DNA of 53,677 nt from Trichodelitschia bisporula (Eukaryota), in the NCBI GenBank assembly GCA_010356995.1, contig ML996701.1, positions 248,001 through 301,677 on the forward strand, written 5' to 3'. Below, one piece after another: positions 48,756-53,677 of the stretch. How positions within the stretch are numbered: position 1 is the first letter of the stretch; each line of letters starts with the position of its first letter. The notes below the pieces were generated by a model. The model was not told where the DNA came from. It did no database searches and saw only the letters and a program-made list of their open reading frames with translations. Position numbers and translations under genes: made by a program.

Positions 48756-51700
48756 TCATGCTCCAAACGAGAAGCCTCCAGGCATCTGCCCGCTCCCATA
48801 ACCAGGGGGATACGGCGTCCCAGCCTGCGGAACGCTATAGCCCTGGCGGGCGTACCCTGGCCGCACTGGCTGTTGTTGCTGCTGATGGTGCTGCTGCATG
48901 TACGCATCTTGCGCCATCTGAGACTGGGCATAGTGATGCGCCATCTGCTGCGCGGCGGTCGGGGCCATCGGCGGCGGCGCCATACTGGCGTTCATGGGCG
49001 GCGGAGTCGGGACATGGGGCGCGTACTTGGGGGCATCGCGATCGTCGCGCCGGTACTCCCGCTCACGCTCGCGGTGCTCCATCTCCCTTTCACGCTGCTC
49101 GCGCTCACGCTCACGCTCCTCCCTGCGCTCACGAGTCGGGACCGGGGGCGGCCCCATAGAGGAGCTGCTGGCGGCGCTGACGCCAGCCGAAGACGTCGGG
49201 GCACGCGGCTTGGAGCGGGCATAGTCGCTTGTGTAACCAGACTTGGCCTGCCTAGCAGCAGGGCGGCGGTCATCGTCGTACTCGCCGCGCTTGCGTGCGG
49301 CGACGCGGGGCGCCTCGCGAACAGTCGACGCCCTCTTGCGCTCCCTCGTCCGATCAATGGAGCGGCTGGCCTCGGATTCGGTCTCAGTGTCGGCAACGGA
49401 AGACGGGGTGCGGACGGCACGGCGTGGGTACGAGGACTCGCGCTCACGCTCGCGACGGTCCTTTTCGCGTTCAAGCCGCTCGCGGTCGGCCCGTTCGGCT
49501 CGCTCCCGCTCACGTTCCCGCTCAGCACGCCCGGCACGCTCGATCTTCTCGCGCTCACGGGCACGCTCCCGCTCGGCACGCTCATCCTCGACGGCCCTTT
49601 CGGCGGCCCGGCGACGGCGCTCACGTTCGCGGTTGCGATCGGGGCTGCGGCTGCGGGAACGCTCGGGGGCACGACGGGTCTGAGTGTAAGTCCGTTGGCG
49701 GGGCGGCTGGACGATGACCTCGTCTTCGGAGGAGGAAGTGTCCGACTCATCGTCATCGTACTCGTCGCGGCGAACAGGGCGCCGGGTGTCCCGCTTACGG
49801 TCGGCTGGGCTGCGGTCGCGTGGGTCGCGGCGATAGTCTCTGGCGCGCTCCCTCTCTTTCTCTCGCTCCCGCTCCTGCCGTTCCCGTTCCCGATCCCGTT
49901 CACGCTGCTCCTGCTCAATCTCTTCCCTCACGCGCTCCCTCTCGCGTTGCTCCCGCTCAATCTCTTCCCTCACGCGCTCCTCCCGCTCAATCTCTTGCCT
50001 CACGCGCTCCCTTTCCCGCTCTCTCTCTTTCTCGCGCTCCTTTTCGCGCTCCTTCTCCTTCTCCCTTTCACGTTCCTTCTCCTTCTCAATCTCCTTCTCC
50101 CGCTCCTCCTCACGCTCCCGCTCAAGTCTTTCCCTGATCACATTCCCCATGCGCGAAGCAGCCGTTCCACCAGCGATAGACTGACCACCGTACAAGCTCT
50201 GAGTCGTGACACTACCGCGCCGGCCACCAACGACCAACTCGGCCGTACCATCGCCATTAGGCTTCAGCTCAACTCTCCTGCCCTGGAACTCCATCTCAAA
50301 GCCGTTCGTCGTATCAATGCGCATCTTGAGCTCCTCTACAGCCGGCTCGCCACCCATGCTCATGGTTCCAGGCCCAGTATGCACCAGAGCGCCAGCCCCA
50401 GGATTGCTACCCGAGCTGTCTGACGGCACGCCCATCTGCCGACGCAGAGCAGACTGCGTCAGCGGGACGGGCGCTTGCGGCGGCGGAACTTGGACCATGT
50501 GGGTGCTATTCTGGCGGCTATGCATTGGCGGCGGAGCCGACGGTGCCGGGGGCGGGACGTTGCCGCGCTTCAGATCCTCCTCCATACGGCGCTGATACGC
50601 CATGGCCTCGAGCACAGGGTCGACACCAGGAGCCGAGGTGGCGGACTGAGACGGTGACACCGACGTCGATGGCGAGGCGGACGCCTCGGACGCTGAATCT
50701 TCGTCCTGGAGGCCGATGTGGCTCATGCTGTTGCCAACGCTACGCAGCGCCTCGTTGTAAGAGTGGTTAAAGGCCTTGTTGAAGGACTGGCTCCCCCGAC
50801 GGGGGTTGAGTGGGCGGGCGGTCTGGGGGTGTAGCTGGGGGTGTGCTTGTGGGAAATGAGGCTGATGCTGGGGTAGATGCTGAGGAAGGTGTTGAGGAAG
50901 ATGTTGAGGATGCAAAGGTGCATGGTGAACTGCAGCATGAGGTGCCTGGGGCACGTGTGGGACTGGTGGGACGTGCGACAGGTGGGGTGGGAGGACAACG
51001 GGAGGCTGCGGGTCGAGGTGGATGGAGTTGGAGAGCGGAGCAAAGGGATTGTCGTCCATATCCGGCCCGTGCATGGGGCTGCGCATCGGCGGCAGCTCAT
51101 GGTACTCCTCGTGCTCCTCCTCCTCTTCCTCACTGGTCTCGTCCTCCTCGTCATCGTCGTCGTACGTGAACCTATGACGCATGCTCTCCATCGGCCTGTC
51201 CGTGCCCATGTGCGACATCCGCCTGCGTGACCGCGACCGGGAAGCCGGCCCGACGGTGATGTTGGGATCATCGAAGGCGCGGCTCGAGCGGGGTCCCGTC
51301 GACGTCGGCTGGGTGTAAGAGCTGGCCTTGGTGCGAGCACCGCTGGAAGCCTGCGATGGGCGTCGTGTCGAAGACGAGCCGGACGTCGACGGTGCCGGAT
51401 TACGGGCTGACGGACGGTAGGGTTGAAGCTGGCGAGTTGGGTCGGTCGACGTAGGAGTTGGCGGGCCGTAGGCACTCTTAACGTCTGCCGTCTGGCGCAT
51501 ACTCAGTTTGGGACGAGAGGAAAGGGTGGGAGTGTCGACAGCGGTGGTGGTGCTGCTACGGTGAGGCATGCCGCGCTGCTGACGGAAGGCGTTCGCCTCA
51601 CGCTTAACCGGGTTGGCCTCGCGCTTGATCTTTTCGCCCATCCCTTTCTTGCTGGTGTTGGTGAGGTTGCGGATGGCTTCAAGGTCGACCTGCGGAGGCC

Positions 51701-53501
51701 CGCGGGCAGGCGGTAGGTCTTGTTCGTCGTCGGACTCATCGCTCTCGGGCTCCGGTGAGACGACACGCTTGCGTCGACGACGTGGCTGCGGCTCCTCCTC
51801 TTCGCTTGTCTCACTCTCTTCGAATTCAGGCTCGAACTCGCGATCCTCGCTGCTTGGCTCCTCCTCCTCCTCTTCGTCGTCCCAGTAGATGCCGTTGGTC
51901 GTCACCCGCCTCGCGCTGAGGCCCTGTGAGTGGTTGCGGTCGTACTGGACAAGAGCGTTGGGTCCGTGGACCGACTGCGGCCGCATGTGTCGTCGCGCAG
52001 ACATGGTGGAGTCGGCGGTAGCACGCGTGGACAGCGGCGGGCGTTCAGGATGATCGTAAGGGCCGGGAACGGGATAATCGCGCTGGGGCGGGGCGGGCGG
52101 GTGCTGGTAATAAGGATGGCCAGGTGGGAAGGAGACCATCTGGCGAGCGGAGGTAGGCGGGGGGCCCATGGGCGGGCCCGGCATGGGTGGTGGCATGCGT
52201 CCGTACATGCTGCTTGGGCGTTCGCGGGTGCGCGACCTTGTGGAGGTAGACGTGGAACGCGGGCGCGGACGGACCTGTGACTGGTCGGCAGCGGATGGGT
52301 TCGCCAACGTAGCCGTCAAGGCGGGTCGGGAAGCTGCGTCGGTGGCGGTTGAATCTGGCACACGCAGGCGAGGAGGGGGTGACTTGCGCTGCTTGCGGGT
52401 GGTGGAGGAGGCAGGTGTGGTGGATGGTTTGGATGAGGGTGCGCGCGGTCGGGAAGCAGAGGAGGCGGTTGGCCGGGTAGCAGGTGTCGACGACTGGCGC
52501 CCACGCGTGCACTGGTCGCAGTCGGGATCTTCGCAGACCTTGGCCTTTTTCTTCTTCGGCTTCTTTTGGCCGTCGGCGGGCGTGGTGGAGGGGCGGGCAC
52601 GGCTGGTGCTGGTGGACGCGGCCGTTTTGTTGCTCACACTCGTCTTTCCGCTGGCCACGCTGGTGGCAGCCGAGCTGCCGGCCGACTTCCCTTTGGCTTT
52701 GCGTGGCGCTTCGCTGGCACCGCTGTGGCTGGTCGACAGGCTTGCCGCAGTCGAGGTGCTGGCAGCGACACTGCCGACAGTGCTGGCGACGGTGCTCGCG
52801 ACCGAGCTCACGTTGCTGCTGTTGCTGCCAGAGGTGGTGCTCGGAGCGGTGGTAGTGGTGGTGGTGGTGGTGGTGGTAGTCTGGGCACGACGACGCTTAC
52901 TCTCTTCACGTTGTTGATTGAGAGGAGTCGAGGTAGAAGAAGTGGAATTAGTGACTGTAGGAGTGTCGGAGGAAGAGTTTGCGTTGTGTGAGTAAGAGCG
53001 GGAGTGCGAATGCGGGTGTGCGTTGTTGTTGGTGGGGGGAGAAATGCTGATGCTGGGTCCGGCACTGGAACTGGGAGGGTTGGTGGTCCCTCCAGCCGCC
53101 GCCACGTTGTCGCTCGCTGCAGCCGACGGCGCTTTTCCTCCGGCACCCGATGCCTTGGCCGACACTGGGCCAGCGTAAGAAGAAGAGGATCCCGGGCTGC
53201 TGCTCTGCGTAGAGTCCGAGGATTGACGATTTTGATGCGCACGACTTGAATATCCCGAATCGCTTGGAGAATCCGGTGCGTCTTCAACCGTGACTTTTCG
53301 CGAAAAAGCCGACTGTTGTGAGTGCGATGATCGGAGACTGTGGTTGCTACCCGCAGGATTGACGGCTCCCGCGGAACCTCGCACACCGGAAACGCGACGC
53401 ACACCGGCGTTTGCCTTCTTGCGCGTATCCGCAAGCTCTTCGTCCCCTTCCGAATTGTAGTCGGCGCAGGAAGCGACTATCGACTCGGTGTCTCTGGCCA
53501 T
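48756..53501 (-). CDS. Very large low-complexity protein (about 1580 aa): S/T-rich, CxxPxCxxC, P-rich, acidic and RE-dipeptide tracts; the true start may lie in an upstream exon
   Basis: Uninterrupted 4.8 kb ORF. First ATG at 53501 lies just after a splice-acceptor-like '..TATAAGCAG'. One short globular-looking block 'LKMRIDTTNGFEMEFQGRRVELKPNGDGTAELVVG'. Confidence 0.75.
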   Translation of the reverse strand: MARDTESIVASCADYNSEGDEELADTRKKANAGVRRVSGVRGSAGAVNPAGSNHSLRSSHSQQSAFSRKVTVEDAPDSPSDSGYSSRAHQNRQSSDSTQSSSPGSSSSYAGPVSAKASGAGGKAPSAAASDNVAAAGGTTNPPSSSAGPSISISPPTNNNAHPHSHSRSYSHNANSSSDTPTVTNSTSSTSTPLNQQREESKRRRAQTTTTTTTTTTTAPSTTSGSNSSNVSSVASTVASTVGSVAASTSTAASLSTSHSGASEAPRKAKGKSAGSSAATSVASGKTSVSNKTAASTSTSRARPSTTPADGQKKPKKKKAKVCEDPDCDQCTRGRQSSTPATRPTASSASRPRAPSSKPSTTPASSTTRKQRKSPPPRLRVPDSTATDAASRPALTATLANPSAADQSQVRPRPRSTSTSTRSRTRERPSSMYGRMPPPMPGPPMGPPPTSARQMVSFPPGHPYYQHPPAPPQRDYPVPGPYDHPERPPLSTRATADSTMSARRHMRPQSVHGPNALVQYDRNHSQGLSARRVTTNGIYWDDEEEEEEPSSEDREFEPEFEESETSEEEEPQPRRRRKRVVSPEPESDESDDEQDLPPARGPPQVDLEAIRNLTNTSKKGMGEKIKREANPVKREANAFRQQRGMPHRSSTTTAVDTPTLSSRPKLSMRQTADVKSAYGPPTPTSTDPTRQLQPYRPSARNPAPSTSGSSSTRRPSQASSGARTKASSYTQPTSTGPRSSRAFDDPNITVGPASRSRSRRRMSHMGTDRPMESMRHRFTYDDDDEEDETSEEEEEEHEEYHELPPMRSPMHGPDMDDNPFAPLSNSIHLDPQPPVVLPPHLSHVPPVPHVPQAPHAAVHHAPLHPQHLPQHLPQHLPQHQPHFPQAHPQLHPQTARPLNPRRGSQSFNKAFNHSYNEALRSVGNSMSHIGLQDEDSASEASASPSTSVSPSQSATSAPGVDPVLEAMAYQRRMEEDLKRGNVPPPAPSAPPPMHSRQNSTHMVQVPPPQAPVPLTQSALRRQMGVPSDSSGSNPGAGALVHTGPGTMSMGGEPAVEELKMRIDTTNGFEMEFQGRRVELKPNGDGTAELVVGGRRGSVTTQSLYGGQSIAGGTAASRMGNVIRERLEREREEEREKEIEKEKEREREKEKEREKEREKERERERERVRQEIEREERVREEIEREQRERERVREEIEQEQRERDRERERQEREREKERERARDYRRDPRDRSPADRKRDTRRPVRRDEYDDDESDTSSSEDEVIVQPPRQRTYTQTRRAPERSRSRSPDRNRERERRRRAAERAVEDERAERERAREREKIERAGRAERERERERAERADRERLEREKDRRERERESSYPRRAVRTPSSVADTETESEASRSIDRTRERKRASTVREAPRVAARKRGEYDDDRRPAARQAKSGYTSDYARSKPRAPTSSAGVSAASSSSMGPPPVPTRERREEREREREQREREMEHREREREYRRDDRDAPKYAPHVPTPPPMNASMAPPPMAPTAAQQMAHHYAQSQMAQDAYMQQHHQQQQQPVRPGYARQGYSVPQAGTPYPPGYGSGQMPGGFSFGA
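49900..50015. repeat. Coding tandem repeat (about 3 copies of CTCAATCTCTT(C/G)CCTCACGCGCTCC) encoding ERVREEIE units
   Basis: Near-identical units at about 49914, 49956 and 49986 within the RE-rich tract. Confidence 0.75.
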
Positions 53502-53677
53502 GTAGAAGGTTTGCTTTTTCCGGACCTGCTTATAAGAGAAGAGGTACTGTGTTTTTTTTGTCAACCAGCAAGGCTAGCTGGTGGGCCGAGGGCCAAGGGC
53601 CAGAAGCCCGAATGCGTGGGTGGAGCGCAATTTGGGCGGACTGGATAATGGATTAGAGAGAAAGAAGTGTTTCCCGG

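Overview
Gene-dense, GC-rich, intron-containing DNA from a filamentous ascomycete (hex-1 points to Pezizomycotina). I can support about 23 protein-coding genes. Housekeeping genes are the DOA10/MARCH6 3' end, DBP9, RTT103, CLC1, SQT1 and Tudor-SN. Enzymes are a barrel/alpha-beta-hydrolase fusion, a 2OG-Fe(II) oxygenase, a GMC oxidoreductase, phospholipase B, RNase T2 and two SDRs. The rest are membrane, low-complexity or orphan genes. I recognised no RNA genes, transposons or CRISPR arrays. The best lead is the Woronin-body gene hex-1. Its AUG (12822) is preceded by a spliced, stop-free, in-frame extension with no Met, inside a 1.7 kb stretch with no ATG in any + strand frame. A CUG in strong context (aacCTGg, 11606) lies near the start of that frame, 271 codons upstream of the AUG. 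This suggests a non-AUG-initiated long HEX-1 isoform plus the short form by leaky scanning. All intron calls and family assignments were made by eye and from recalled motifs; no searches were run.
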